From: Macrostomum lignano
Taxonomy: Eukaryota
Assembly: GCA_002269645.1 (NCBI GenBank)
Contig: NIVC01001977.1
Span: 1 to 64,000, forward strand
DNA: 64,000 nucleotides
Direction: 5' to 3'
Of the stretch, positions 12,001-27,000 are shown piece after piece (positions within the stretch are counted from its first letter, which is position 1; every line of letters begins with the position of its first letter). The notes beneath the pieces were generated by a model. It worked only from the letters and a program-made list of their open reading frames with translations. It did not search any database and was not told the origin of the DNA. The position numbers were made by a program, and so were the translations under genes.

Positions 12001-15000
12001 CACGCCGTGAGCGTATTTTCGAACGCCTGTGCATGCGCGAGACTGCTTGGTGTAGTTATTAGAAGGCAACTGCGCCTCTAGCTTAAACCGTGTCTATTTG
12101 TCTAAAGAAACTGACTGCGTGCAAAATACAAGTGCACGGAAGCAGAATAACACGCCGTGAGCGTATTTTCGAACGCCTGTGCATGCGCGAGACTGCTTGG
12201 TGTAGTTATTAGAAGGCAACTGCGCCTCTAGCTTAAACCGTGTCTATTTGTCTAAAGAAACTGACTGCGTGCAAAATACAAGTGCACGGAAGCAGAATAA
12301 CACGCCGTGAGCGTATTTTCGAACGCCTGTGCATGCGCGAGACTGCTTGGTGTAGTTATTAGAAGGCAACTGCGCCTCTAGCTTAAACCGTGTCTATTTG
12401 TCTAAAGAAACTGACTGCGTGCAAAATACAAGTGCACGGAAGCAGAATAACACGCCGTGAGCGTATTTTCGAACGCCTGTGCATGCGCGAGACTGCTTGG
12501 TGTAGTTATTAGAAGGCAACTGCGCCTCTAGCTTAAACCGTGTCTATTTGTCTAAAGAAACTGACTGCGTGCAAAATACAAGTGCACGGAAGCAGAATAA
12601 CACGCCGTGAGCGTATTTTCGAACGCCTGTGCATGCGCGAGACTGCTTGGTGTAGTTATTAGAAGGCAACTGCGCCTCTAGCTTAAACCGTGTCTATTTG
12701 TCTAAAGAAACTGACTGCGTGCAAAATACAAGTGCACGGAAGCAGAATAACACGCCGTGAGCGTATTTTCGAACGCCTGTGCATGCGCGAGACTGCTTGG
12801 TGTAGTTATTAGAAGGCAACTGCGCCTCTAGCTTAAACCGTGTCTATTTGTCTAAAGAAACTGACTGCGTGCAAAATACAAGTGCACGGAAGCAGAATAA
12901 CACGCCGTGAGCGTATTTTCGAACGCCTGTGCATGCGCGAGACTGCTTGGTGTAGTTATTAGAAGGCAACTGCGCCTCTAGCTTAAACCGTGTCTATTTG
13001 TCTAAAGAAACTGACTGCGTGCAAAATACAAGTGCACGGAAGCAGAATAACACGCCGTGAGCGTATTTTCGAACGCCTGTGCATGCGCGAGACTGCTTGG
13101 TGTAGTTATTAGAAGGCAACTGCGCCTCTAGCTTAAACCGTGTCTATTTGTCTAAAGAAACTGACTGCGTGCAAAATACAAGTGCACGGAAGCAGAATAA
13201 CACGCCGTGAGCGTATTTTCGAACGCCTGTGCATGCGCGAGACTGCTTGGTGTAGTTATTAGAAGGCAACTGCGCCTCTAGCTTAAACCGTGTCTATTTG
13301 TCTAAAGAAACTGACTGCGTGCAAAATACAAGTGCACGGAAGCAGAATAACACGCCGTGAGCGTATTTTCGAACGCCTGTGCATGCGCGAGACTGCTTGG
13401 TGTAGTTATTAGAAGGCAACTGCGCCTCTAGCTTAAACCGTGTCTATTTGTCTAAAGAAACTGACTGCGTGCAAAATACAAGTGCACGGAAGCAGAATAA
13501 CACGCCGTGAGCGTATTTTCGAACGCCTGTGCATGCGCGAGACTGCTTGGTGTAGTTATTAGAAGGCAACTGCGCCTCTAGCTTAAACCGTGTCTATTTG
13601 TCTAAAGAAACTGACTGCGTGCAAAATACAAGTGCACGGAAGCAGAATAACACGCCGTGAGCGTATTTTCGAACGCCTGTGCATGCGCGAGACTGCTTGG
13701 TGTAGTTATTAGAAGGCAACTGCGCCTCTAGCTTAAACCGTGTCTATTTGTCTAAAGAAACTGACTGCGTGCAAAATACAAGTGCACGGAAGCAGAATAA
13801 CACGCCGTGAGCGTATTTTCGAACGCCTGTGCATGCGCGAGACTGCTTGGTGTAGTTATTAGAAGGCAACTGCGCCTCTAGCTTAAACCGTGTCTATTTG
13901 TCTAAAGAAACTGACTGCGTGCAAAATACAAGTGCACGGAAGCAGAATAACACGCCGTGAGCGTATTTTCGAACGCCTGTGCATGCGCGAGACTGCTTGG
14001 TGTAGTTATTAGAAGGCAACTGCGCCTCTAGCTTAAACCGTGTCTATTTGTCTAAAGAAACTGACTGCGTGCAAAATACAAGTGCACGGAAGCAGAATAA
14101 CACGCCGTGAGCGTATTTTCGAACGCCTGTGCATGCGCGAGACTGCTTGGTGTAGTTATTAGAAGGCAACTGCGCCTCTAGCTTAAACCGTGTCTATTTG
14201 TCTAAAGAAACTGACTGCGTGCAAAATACAAGTGCACGGAAGCAGAATAACACGCCGTGAGCGTATTTTCGAACGCCTGTGCATGCGCGAGACTGCTTGG
14301 TGTAGTTATTAGAAGGCAACTGCGCCTCTAGCTTAAACCGTGTCTATTTGTCTAAAGAAACTGACTGCGTGCAAAATACAAGTGCACGGAAGCAGAATAA
14401 CACGCCGTGAGCGTATTTTCGAACGCCTGTGCATGCGCGAGACTGCTTGGTGTAGTTATTAGAAGGCAACTGCGCCTCTAGCTTAAACCGTGTCTATTTG
14501 TCTAAAGAAACTGACTGCGTGCAAAATACAAGTGCACGGAAGCAGAATAACACGCCGTGAGCGTATTTTCGAACGCCTGTGCATGCGCGAGACTGCTTGG
14601 TGTAGTTATTAGAAGGCAACTGCGCCTCTAGCTTAAACCGTGTCTATTTGTCTAAAGAAACTGACTGCGTGCAAAATACAAGTGCACGGAAGCAGAATAA
14701 CACGCCGTGAGCGTATTTTCGAACGCCTGTGCATGCGCGAGACTGCTTGGTGTAGTTATTAGAAGGCAACTGCGCCTCTAGCTTAAACCGTGTCTATTTG
14801 TCTAAAGAAACTGACTGCGTGCAAAATACAAGTGCACGGAAGCAGAATAACACGCCGTGAGCGTATTTTCGAACGCCTGTGCATGCGCGAGACTGCTTGG
14901 TGTAGTTATTAGAAGGCAACTGCGCCTCTAGCTTAAACCGTGTCTATTTGTCTAAAGAAACTGACTGCGTGCAAAATACAAGTGCACGGAAGCAGAATAA

Positions 15001-18000
15001 CACGCCGTGAGCGTATTTTCGAACGCCTGTGCATGCGCGAGACTGCTTGGTGTAGTTATTAGAAGGCAACTGCGCCTCTAGCTTAAACCGTGTCTATTTG
15101 TCTAAAGAAACTGACTGCGTGCAAAATACAAGTGCACGGAAGCAGAATAACACGCCGTGAGCGTATTTTCGAACGCCTGTGCATGCGCGAGACTGCTTGG
15201 TGTAGTTATTAGAAGGCAACTGCGCCTCTAGCTTAAACCGTGTCTATTTGTCTAAAGAAACTGACTGCGTGCAAAATACAAGTGCACGGAAGCAGAATAA
15301 CACGCCGTGAGCGTATTTTCGAACGCCTGTGCATGCGCGAGACTGCTTGGTGTAGTTATTAGAAGGCAACTGCGCCTCTAGCTTAAACCGTGTCTATTTG
15401 TCTAAAGAAACTGACTGCGTGCAAAATACAAGTGCACGGAAGCAGAATAACACGCCGTGAGCGTATTTTCGAACGCCTGTGCATGCGCGAGACTGCTTGG
15501 TGTAGTTATTAGAAGGCAACTGCGCCTCTAGCTTAAACCGTGTCTATTTGTCTAAAGAAACTGACTGCGTGCAAAATACAAGTGCACGGAAGCAGAATAA
15601 CACGCCGTGAGCGTATTTTCGAACGCCTGTGCATGCGCGAGACTGCTTGGTGTAGTTATTAGAAGGCAACTGCGCCTCTAGCTTAAACCGTGTCTATTTG
15701 TCTAAAGAAACTGACTGCGTGCAAAATACAAGTGCACGGAAGCAGAATAACACGCCGTGAGCGTATTTTCGAACGCCTGTGCATGCGCGAGACTGCTTGG
15801 TGTAGTTATTAGAAGGCAACTGCGCCTCTAGCTTAAACCGTGTCTATTTGTCTAAAGAAACTGACTGCGTGCAAAATACAAGTGCACGGAAGCAGAATAA
15901 CACGCCGTGAGCGTATTTTCGAACGCCTGTGCATGCGCGAGACTGCTTGGTGTAGTTATTAGAAGGCAACTGCGCCTCTAGCTTAAACCGTGTCTATTTG
16001 TCTAAAGAAACTGACTGCGTGCAAAATACAAGTGCACGGAAGCAGAATAACACGCCGTGAGCGTATTTTCGAACGCCTGTGCATGCGCGAGACTGCTTGG
16101 TGTAGTTATTAGAAGGCAACTGCGCCTCTAGCTTAAACCGTGTCTATTTGTCTAAAGAAACTGACTGCGTGCAAAATACAAGTGCACGGAAGCAGAATAA
16201 CACGCCGTGAGCGTATTTTCGAACGCCTGTGCATGCGCGAGACTGCTTGGTGTAGTTATTAGAAGGCAACTGCGCCTCTAGCTTAAACCGTGTCTATTTG
16301 TCTAAAGAAACTGACTGCGTGCAAAATACAAGTGCACGGAAGCAGAATAACACGCCGTGAGCGTATTTTCGAACGCCTGTGCATGCGCGAGACTGCTTGG
16401 TGTAGTTATTAGAAGGCAACTGCGCCTCTAGCTTAAACCGTGTCTATTTGTCTAAAGAAACTGACTGCGTGCAAAATACAAGTGCACGGAAGCAGAATAA
16501 CACGCCGTGAGCGTATTTTCGAACGCCTGTGCATGCGCGAGACTGCTTGGTGTAGTTATTAGAAGGCAACTGCGCCTCTAGCTTAAACCGTGTCTATTTG
16601 TCTAAAGAAACTGACTGCGTGCAAAATACAAGTGCACGGAAGCAGAATAACACGCCGTGAGCGTATTTTCGAACGCCTGTGCATGCGCGAGACTGCTTGG
16701 TGTAGTTATTAGAAGGCAACTGCGCCTCTAGCTTAAACCGTGTCTATTTGTCTAAAGAAACTGACTGCGTGCAAAATACAAGTGCACGGAAGCAGAATAA
16801 CACGCCGTGAGCGTATTTTCGAACGCCTGTGCATGCGCGAGACTGCTTGGTGTAGTTATTAGAAGGCAACTGCGCCTCTAGCTTAAACCGTGTCTATTTG
16901 TCTAAAGAAACTGACTGCGTGCAAAATACAAGTGCACGGAAGCAGAATAACACGCCGTGAGCGTATTTTCGAACGCCTGTGCATGCGCGAGACTGCTTGG
17001 TGTAGTTATTAGAAGGCAACTGCGCCTCTAGCTTAAACCGTGTCTATTTGTCTAAAGAAACTGACTGCGTGCAAAATACAAGTGCACGGAAGCAGAATAA
17101 CACGCCGTGAGCGTATTTTCGAACGCCTGTGCATGCGCGAGACTGCTTGGTGTAGTTATTAGAAGGCAACTGCGCCTCTAGCTTAAACCGTGTCTATTTG
17201 TCTAAAGAAACTGACTGCGTGCAAAATACAAGTGCACGGAAGCAGAATAACACGCCGTGAGCGTATTTTCGAACGCCTGTGCATGCGCGAGACTGCTTGG
17301 TGTAGTTATTAGAAGGCAACTGCGCCTCTAGCTTAAACCGTGTCTATTTGTCTAAAGAAACTGACTGCGTGCAAAATACAAGTGCACGGAAGCAGAATAA
17401 CACGCCGTGAGCGTATTTTCGAACGCCTGTGCATGCGCGAGACTGCTTGGTGTAGTTATTAGAAGGCAACTGCGCCTCTAGCTTAAACCGTGTCTATTTG
17501 TCTAAAGAAACTGACTGCGTGCAAAATACAAGTGCACGGAAGCAGAATAACACGCCGTGAGCGTATTTTCGAACGCCTGTGCATGCGCGAGACTGCTTGG
17601 TGTAGTTATTAGAAGGCAACTGCGCCTCTAGCTTAAACCGTGTCTATTTGTCTAAAGAAACTGACTGCGTGCAAAATACAAGTGCACGGAAGCAGAATAA
17701 CACGCCGTGAGCGTATTTTCGAACGCCTGTGCATGCGCGAGACTGCTTGGTGTAGTTATTAGAAGGCAACTGCGCCTCTAGCTTAAACCGTGTCTATTTG
17801 TCTAAAGAAACTGACTGCGTGCAAAATACAAGTGCACGGAAGCAGAATAACACGCCGTGAGCGTATTTTCGAACGCCTGTGCATGCGCGAGACTGCTTGG
17901 TGTAGTTATTAGAAGGCAACTGCGCCTCTAGCTTAAACCGTGTCTATTTGTCTAAAGAAACTGACTGCGTGCAAAATACAAGTGCACGGAAGCAGAATAA

Positions 18001-21000
18001 CACGCCGTGAGCGTATTTTCGAACGCCTGTGCATGCGCGAGACTGCTTGGTGTAGTTATTAGAAGGCAACTGCGCCTCTAGCTTAAACCGTGTCTATTTG
18101 TCTAAAGAAACTGACTGCGTGCAAAATACAAGTGCACGGAAGCAGAATAACACGCCGTGAGCGTATTTTCGAACGCCTGTGCATGCGCGAGACTGCTTGG
18201 TGTAGTTATTAGAAGGCAACTGCGCCTCTAGCTTAAACCGTGTCTATTTGTCTAAAGAAACTGACTGCGTGCAAAATACAAGTGCACGGAAGCAGAATAA
18301 CACGCCGTGAGCGTATTTTCGAACGCCTGTGCATGCGCGAGACTGCTTGGTGTAGTTATTAGAAGGCAACTGCGCCTCTAGCTTAAACCGTGTCTATTTG
18401 TCTAAAGAAACTGACTGCGTGCAAAATACAAGTGCACGGAAGCAGAATAACACGCCGTGAGCGTATTTTCGAACGCCTGTGCATGCGCGAGACTGCTTGG
18501 TGTAGTTATTAGAAGGCAACTGCGCCTCTAGCTTAAACCGTGTCTATTTGTCTAAAGAAACTGACTGCGTGCAAAATACAAGTGCACGGAAGCAGAATAA
18601 CACGCCGTGAGCGTATTTTCGAACGCCTGTGCATGCGCGAGACTGCTTGGTGTAGTTATTAGAAGGCAACTGCGCCTCTAGCTTAAACCGTGTCTATTTG
18701 TCTAAAGAAACTGACTGCGTGCAAAATACAAGTGCACGGAAGCAGAATAACACGCCGTGAGCGTATTTTCGAACGCCTGTGCATGCGCGAGACTGCTTGG
18801 TGTAGTTATTAGAAGGCAACTGCGCCTCTAGCTTAAACCGTGTCTATTTGTCTAAAGAAACTGACTGCGTGCAAAATACAAGTGCACGGAAGCAGAATAA
18901 CACGCCGTGAGCGTATTTTCGAACGCCTGTGCATGCGCGAGACTGCTTGGTGTAGTTATTAGAAGGCAACTGCGCCTCTAGCTTAAACCGTGTCTATTTG
19001 TCTAAAGAAACTGACTGCGTGCAAAATACAAGTGCACGGAAGCAGAATAACACGCCGTGAGCGTATTTTCGAACGCCTGTGCATGCGCGAGACTGCTTGG
19101 TGTAGTTATTAGAAGGCAACTGCGCCTCTAGCTTAAACCGTGTCTATTTGTCTAAAGAAACTGACTGCGTGCAAAATACAAGTGCACGGAAGCAGAATAA
19201 CACGCCGTGAGCGTATTTTCGAACGCCTGTGCATGCGCGAGACTGCTTGGTGTAGTTATTAGAAGGCAACTGCGCCTCTAGCTTAAACCGTGTCTATTTG
19301 TCTAAAGAAACTGACTGCGTGCAAAATACAAGTGCACGGAAGCAGAATAACACGCCGTGAGCGTATTTTCGAACGCCTGTGCATGCGCGAGACTGCTTGG
19401 TGTAGTTATTAGAAGGCAACTGCGCCTCTAGCTTAAACCGTGTCTATTTGTCTAAAGAAACTGACTGCGTGCAAAATACAAGTGCACGGAAGCAGAATAA
19501 CACGCCGTGAGCGTATTTTCGAACGCCTGTGCATGCGCGAGACTGCTTGGTGTAGTTATTAGAAGGCAACTGCGCCTCTAGCTTAAACCGTGTCTATTTG
19601 TCTAAAGAAACTGACTGCGTGCAAAATACAAGTGCACGGAAGCAGAATAACACGCCGTGAGCGTATTTTCGAACGCCTGTGCATGCGCGAGACTGCTTGG
19701 TGTAGTTATTAGAAGGCAACTGCGCCTCTAGCTTAAACCGTGTCTATTTGTCTAAAGAAACTGACTGCGTGCAAAATACAAGTGCACGGAAGCAGAATAA
19801 CACGCCGTGAGCGTATTTTCGAACGCCTGTGCATGCGCGAGACTGCTTGGTGTAGTTATTAGAAGGCAACTGCGCCTCTAGCTTAAACCGTGTCTATTTG
19901 TCTAAAGAAACTGACTGCGTGCAAAATACAAGTGCACGGAAGCAGAATAACACGCCGTGAGCGTATTTTCGAACGCCTGTGCATGCGCGAGACTGCTTGG
20001 TGTAGTTATTAGAAGGCAACTGCGCCTCTAGCTTAAACCGTGTCTATTTGTCTAAAGAAACTGACTGCGTGCAAAATACAAGTGCACGGAAGCAGAATAA
20101 CACGCCGTGAGCGTATTTTCGAACGCCTGTGCATGCGCGAGACTGCTTGGTGTAGTTATTAGAAGGCAACTGCGCCTCTAGCTTAAACCGTGTCTATTTG
20201 TCTAAAGAAACTGACTGCGTGCAAAATACAAGTGCACGGAAGCAGAATAACACGCCGTGAGCGTATTTTCGAACGCCTGTGCATGCGCGAGACTGCTTGG
20301 TGTAGTTATTAGAAGGCAACTGCGCCTCTAGCTTAAACCGTGTCTATTTGTCTAAAGAAACTGACTGCGTGCAAAATACAAGTGCACGGAAGCAGAATAA
20401 CACGCCGTGAGCGTATTTTCGAACGCCTGTGCATGCGCGAGACTGCTTGGTGTAGTTATTAGAAGGCAACTGCGCCTCTAGCTTAAACCGTGTCTATTTG
20501 TCTAAAGAAACTGACTGCGTGCAAAATACAAGTGCACGGAAGCAGAATAACACGCCGTGAGCGTATTTTCGAACGCCTGTGCATGCGCGAGACTGCTTGG
20601 TGTAGTTATTAGAAGGCAACTGCGCCTCTAGCTTAAACCGTGTCTATTTGTCTAAAGAAACTGACTGCGTGCAAAATACAAGTGCACGGAAGCAGAATAA
20701 CACGCCGTGAGCGTATTTTCGAACGCCTGTGCATGCGCGAGACTGCTTGGTGTAGTTATTAGAAGGCAACTGCGCCTCTAGCTTAAACCGTGTCTATTTG
20801 TCTAAAGAAACTGACTGCGTGCAAAATACAAGTGCACGGAAGCAGAATAACACGCCGTGAGCGTATTTTCGAACGCCTGTGCATGCGCGAGACTGCTTGG
20901 TGTAGTTATTAGAAGGCAACTGCGCCTCTAGCTTAAACCGTGTCTATTTGTCTAAAGAAACTGACTGCGTGCAAAATACAAGTGCACGGAAGCAGAATAA

Positions 21001-24000
21001 CACGCCGTGAGCGTATTTTCGAACGCCTGTGCATGCGCGAGACTGCTTGGTGTAGTTATTAGAAGGCAACTGCGCCTCTAGCTTAAACCGTGTCTATTTG
21101 TCTAAAGAAACTGACTGCGTGCAAAATACAAGTGCACGGAAGCAGAATAACACGCCGTGAGCGTATTTTCGAACGCCTGTGCATGCGCGAGACTGCTTGG
21201 TGTAGTTATTAGAAGGCAACTGCGCCTCTAGCTTAAACCGTGTCTATTTGTCTAAAGAAACTGACTGCGTGCAAAATACAAGTGCACGGAAGCAGAATAA
21301 CACGCCGTGAGCGTATTTTCGAACGCCTGTGCATGCGCGAGACTGCTTGGTGTAGTTATTAGAAGGCAACTGCGCCTCTAGCTTAAACCGTGTCTATTTG
21401 TCTAAAGAAACTGACTGCGTGCAAAATACAAGTGCACGGAAGCAGAATAACACGCCGTGAGCGTATTTTCGAACGCCTGTGCATGCGCGAGACTGCTTGG
21501 TGTAGTTATTAGAAGGCAACTGCGCCTCTAGCTTAAACCGTGTCTATTTGTCTAAAGAAACTGACTGCGTGCAAAATACAAGTGCACGGAAGCAGAATAA
21601 CACGCCGTGAGCGTATTTTCGAACGCCTGTGCATGCGCGAGACTGCTTGGTGTAGTTATTAGAAGGCAACTGCGCCTCTAGCTTAAACCGTGTCTATTTG
21701 TCTAAAGAAACTGACTGCGTGCAAAATACAAGTGCACGGAAGCAGAATAACACGCCGTGAGCGTATTTTCGAACGCCTGTGCATGCGCGAGACTGCTTGG
21801 TGTAGTTATTAGAAGGCAACTGCGCCTCTAGCTTAAACCGTGTCTATTTGTCTAAAGAAACTGACTGCGTGCAAAATACAAGTGCACGGAAGCAGAATAA
21901 CACGCCGTGAGCGTATTTTCGAACGCCTGTGCATGCGCGAGACTGCTTGGTGTAGTTATTAGAAGGCAACTGCGCCTCTAGCTTAAACCGTGTCTATTTG
22001 TCTAAAGAAACTGACTGCGTGCAAAATACAAGTGCACGGAAGCAGAATAACACGCCGTGAGCGTATTTTCGAACGCCTGTGCATGCGCGAGACTGCTTGG
22101 TGTAGTTATTAGAAGGCAACTGCGCCTCTAGCTTAAACCGTGTCTATTTGTCTAAAGAAACTGACTGCGTGCAAAATACAAGTGCACGGAAGCAGAATAA
22201 CACGCCGTGAGCGTATTTTCGAACGCCTGTGCATGCGCGAGACTGCTTGGTGTAGTTATTAGAAGGCAACTGCGCCTCTAGCTTAAACCGTGTCTATTTG
22301 TCTAAAGAAACTGACTGCGTGCAAAATACAAGTGCACGGAAGCAGAATAACACGCCGTGAGCGTATTTTCGAACGCCTGTGCATGCGCGAGACTGCTTGG
22401 TGTAGTTATTAGAAGGCAACTGCGCCTCTAGCTTAAACCGTGTCTATTTGTCTAAAGAAACTGACTGCGTGCAAAATACAAGTGCACGGAAGCAGAATAA
22501 CACGCCGTGAGCGTATTTTCGAACGCCTGTGCATGCGCGAGACTGCTTGGTGTAGTTATTAGAAGGCAACTGCGCCTCTAGCTTAAACCGTGTCTATTTG
22601 TCTAAAGAAACTGACTGCGTGCAAAATACAAGTGCACGGAAGCAGAATAACACGCCGTGAGCGTATTTTCGAACGCCTGTGCATGCGCGAGACTGCTTGG
22701 TGTAGTTATTAGAAGGCAACTGCGCCTCTAGCTTAAACCGTGTCTATTTGTCTAAAGAAACTGACTGCGTGCAAAATACAAGTGCACGGAAGCAGAATAA
22801 CACGCCGTGAGCGTATTTTCGAACGCCTGTGCATGCGCGAGACTGCTTGGTGTAGTTATTAGAAGGCAACTGCGCCTCTAGCTTAAACCGTGTCTATTTG
22901 TCTAAAGAAACTGACTGCGTGCAAAATACAAGTGCACGGAAGCAGAATAACACGCCGTGAGCGTATTTTCGAACGCCTGTGCATGCGCGAGACTGCTTGG
23001 TGTAGTTATTAGAAGGCAACTGCGCCTCTAGCTTAAACCGTGTCTATTTGTCTAAAGAAACTGACTGCGTGCAAAATACAAGTGCACGGAAGCAGAATAA
23101 CACGCCGTGAGCGTATTTTCGAACGCCTGTGCATGCGCGAGACTGCTTGGTGTAGTTATTAGAAGGCAACTGCGCCTCTAGCTTAAACCGTGTCTATTTG
23201 TCTAAAGAAACTGACTGCGTGCAAAATACAAGTGCACGGAAGCAGAATAACACGCCGTGAGCGTATTTTCGAACGCCTGTGCATGCGCGAGACTGCTTGG
23301 TGTAGTTATTAGAAGGCAACTGCGCCTCTAGCTTAAACCGTGTCTATTTGTCTAAAGAAACTGACTGCGTGCAAAATACAAGTGCACGGAAGCAGAATAA
23401 CACGCCGTGAGCGTATTTTCGAACGCCTGTGCATGCGCGAGACTGCTTGGTGTAGTTATTAGAAGGCAACTGCGCCTCTAGCTTAAACCGTGTCTATTTG
23501 TCTAAAGAAACTGACTGCGTGCAAAATACAAGTGCACGGAAGCAGAATAACACGCCGTGAGCGTATTTTCGAACGCCTGTGCATGCGCGAGACTGCTTGG
23601 TGTAGTTATTAGAAGGCAACTGCGCCTCTAGCTTAAACCGTGTCTATTTGTCTAAAGAAACTGACTGCGTGCAAAATACAAGTGCACGGAAGCAGAATAA
23701 CACGCCGTGAGCGTATTTTCGAACGCCTGTGCATGCGCGAGACTGCTTGGTGTAGTTATTAGAAGGCAACTGCGCCTCTAGCTTAAACCGTGTCTATTTG
23801 TCTAAAGAAACTGACTGCGTGCAAAATACAAGTGCACGGAAGCAGAATAACACGCCGTGAGCGTATTTTCGAACGCCTGTGCATGCGCGAGACTGCTTGG
23901 TGTAGTTATTAGAAGGCAACTGCGCCTCTAGCTTAAACCGTGTCTATTTGTCTAAAGAAACTGACTGCGTGCAAAATACAAGTGCACGGAAGCAGAATAA

Positions 24001-27000
24001 CACGCCGTGAGCGTATTTTCGAACGCCTGTGCATGCGCGAGACTGCTTGGTGTAGTTATTAGAAGGCAACTGCGCCTCTAGCTTAAACCGTGTCTATTTG
24101 TCTAAAGAAACTGACTGCGTGCAAAATACAAGTGCACGGAAGCAGAATAACACGCCGTGAGCGTATTTTCGAACGCCTGTGCATGCGCGAGACTGCTTGG
24201 TGTAGTTATTAGAAGGCAACTGCGCCTCTAGCTTAAACCGTGTCTATTTGTCTAAAGAAACTGACTGCGTGCAAAATACAAGTGCACGGAAGCAGAATAA
24301 CACGCCGTGAGCGTATTTTCGAACGCCTGTGCATGCGCGAGACTGCTTGGTGTAGTTATTAGAAGGCAACTGCGCCTCTAGCTTAAACCGTGTCTATTTG
24401 TCTAAAGAAACTGACTGCGTGCAAAATACAAGTGCACGGAAGCAGAATAACACGCCGTGAGCGTATTTTCGAACGCCTGTGCATGCGCGAGACTGCTTGG
24501 TGTAGTTATTAGAAGGCAACTGCGCCTCTAGCTTAAACCGTGTCTATTTGTCTAAAGAAACTGACTGCGTGCAAAATACAAGTGCACGGAAGCAGAATAA
24601 CACGCCGTGAGCGTATTTTCGAACGCCTGTGCATGCGCGAGACTGCTTGGTGTAGTTATTAGAAGGCAACTGCGCCTCTAGCTTAAACCGTGTCTATTTG
24701 TCTAAAGAAACTGACTGCGTGCAAAATACAAGTGCACGGAAGCAGAATAACACGCCGTGAGCGTATTTTCGAACGCCTGTGCATGCGCGAGACTGCTTGG
24801 TGTAGTTATTAGAAGGCAACTGCGCCTCTAGCTTAAACCGTGTCTATTTGTCTAAAGAAACTGACTGCGTGCAAAATACAAGTGCACGGAAGCAGAATAA
24901 CACGCCGTGAGCGTATTTTCGAACGCCTGTGCATGCGCGAGACTGCTTGGTGTAGTTATTAGAAGGCAACTGCGCCTCTAGCTTAAACCGTGTCTATTTG
25001 TCTAAAGAAACTGACTGCGTGCAAAATACAAGTGCACGGAAGCAGAATAACACGCCGTGAGCGTATTTTCGAACGCCTGTGCATGCGCGAGACTGCTTGG
25101 TGTAGTTATTAGAAGGCAACTGCGCCTCTAGCTTAAACCGTGTCTATTTGTCTAAAGAAACTGACTGCGTGCAAAATACAAGTGCACGGAAGCAGAATAA
25201 CACGCCGTGAGCGTATTTTCGAACGCCTGTGCATGCGCGAGACTGCTTGGTGTAGTTATTAGAAGGCAACTGCGCCTCTAGCTTAAACCGTGTCTATTTG
25301 TCTAAAGAAACTGACTGCGTGCAAAATACAAGTGCACGGAAGCAGAATAACACGCCGTGAGCGTATTTTCGAACGCCTGTGCATGCGCGAGACTGCTTGG
25401 TGTAGTTATTAGAAGGCAACTGCGCCTCTAGCTTAAACCGTGTCTATTTGTCTAAAGAAACTGACTGCGTGCAAAATACAAGTGCACGGAAGCAGAATAA
25501 CACGCCGTGAGCGTATTTTCGAACGCCTGTGCATGCGCGAGACTGCTTGGTGTAGTTATTAGAAGGCAACTGCGCCTCTAGCTTAAACCGTGTCTATTTG
25601 TCTAAAGAAACTGACTGCGTGCAAAATACAAGTGCACGGAAGCAGAATAACACGCCGTGAGCGTATTTTCGAACGCCTGTGCATGCGCGAGACTGCTTGG
25701 TGTAGTTATTAGAAGGCAACTGCGCCTCTAGCTTAAACCGTGTCTATTTGTCTAAAGAAACTGACTGCGTGCAAAATACAAGTGCACGGAAGCAGAATAA
25801 CACGCCGTGAGCGTATTTTCGAACGCCTGTGCATGCGCGAGACTGCTTGGTGTAGTTATTAGAAGGCAACTGCGCCTCTAGCTTAAACCGTGTCTATTTG
25901 TCTAAAGAAACTGACTGCGTGCAAAATACAAGTGCACGGAAGCAGAATAACACGCCGTGAGCGTATTTTCGAACGCCTGTGCATGCGCGAGACTGCTTGG
26001 TGTAGTTATTAGAAGGCAACTGCGCCTCTAGCTTAAACCGTGTCTATTTGTCTAAAGAAACTGACTGCGTGCAAAATACAAGTGCACGGAAGCAGAATAA
26101 CACGCCGTGAGCGTATTTTCGAACGCCTGTGCATGCGCGAGACTGCTTGGTGTAGTTATTAGAAGGCAACTGCGCCTCTAGCTTAAACCGTGTCTATTTG
26201 TCTAAAGAAACTGACTGCGTGCAAAATACAAGTGCACGGAAGCAGAATAACACGCCGTGAGCGTATTTTCGAACGCCTGTGCATGCGCGAGACTGCTTGG
26301 TGTAGTTATTAGAAGGCAACTGCGCCTCTAGCTTAAACCGTGTCTATTTGTCTAAAGAAACTGACTGCGTGCAAAATACAAGTGCACGGAAGCAGAATAA
26401 CACGCCGTGAGCGTATTTTCGAACGCCTGTGCATGCGCGAGACTGCTTGGTGTAGTTATTAGAAGGCAACTGCGCCTCTAGCTTAAACCGTGTCTATTTG
26501 TCTAAAGAAACTGACTGCGTGCAAAATACAAGTGCACGGAAGCAGAATAACACGCCGTGAGCGTATTTTCGAACGCCTGTGCATGCGCGAGACTGCTTGG
26601 TGTAGTTATTAGAAGGCAACTGCGCCTCTAGCTTAAACCGTGTCTATTTGTCTAAAGAAACTGACTGCGTGCAAAATACAAGTGCACGGAAGCAGAATAA
26701 CACGCCGTGAGCGTATTTTCGAACGCCTGTGCATGCGCGAGACTGCTTGGTGTAGTTATTAGAAGGCAACTGCGCCTCTAGCTTAAACCGTGTCTATTTG
26801 TCTAAAGAAACTGACTGCGTGCAAAATACAAGTGCACGGAAGCAGAATAACACGCCGTGAGCGTATTTTCGAACGCCTGTGCATGCGCGAGACTGCTTGG
26901 TGTAGTTATTAGAAGGCAACTGCGCCTCTAGCTTAAACCGTGTCTATTTGTCTAAAGAAACTGACTGCGTGCAAAATACAAGTGCACGGAAGCAGAATAA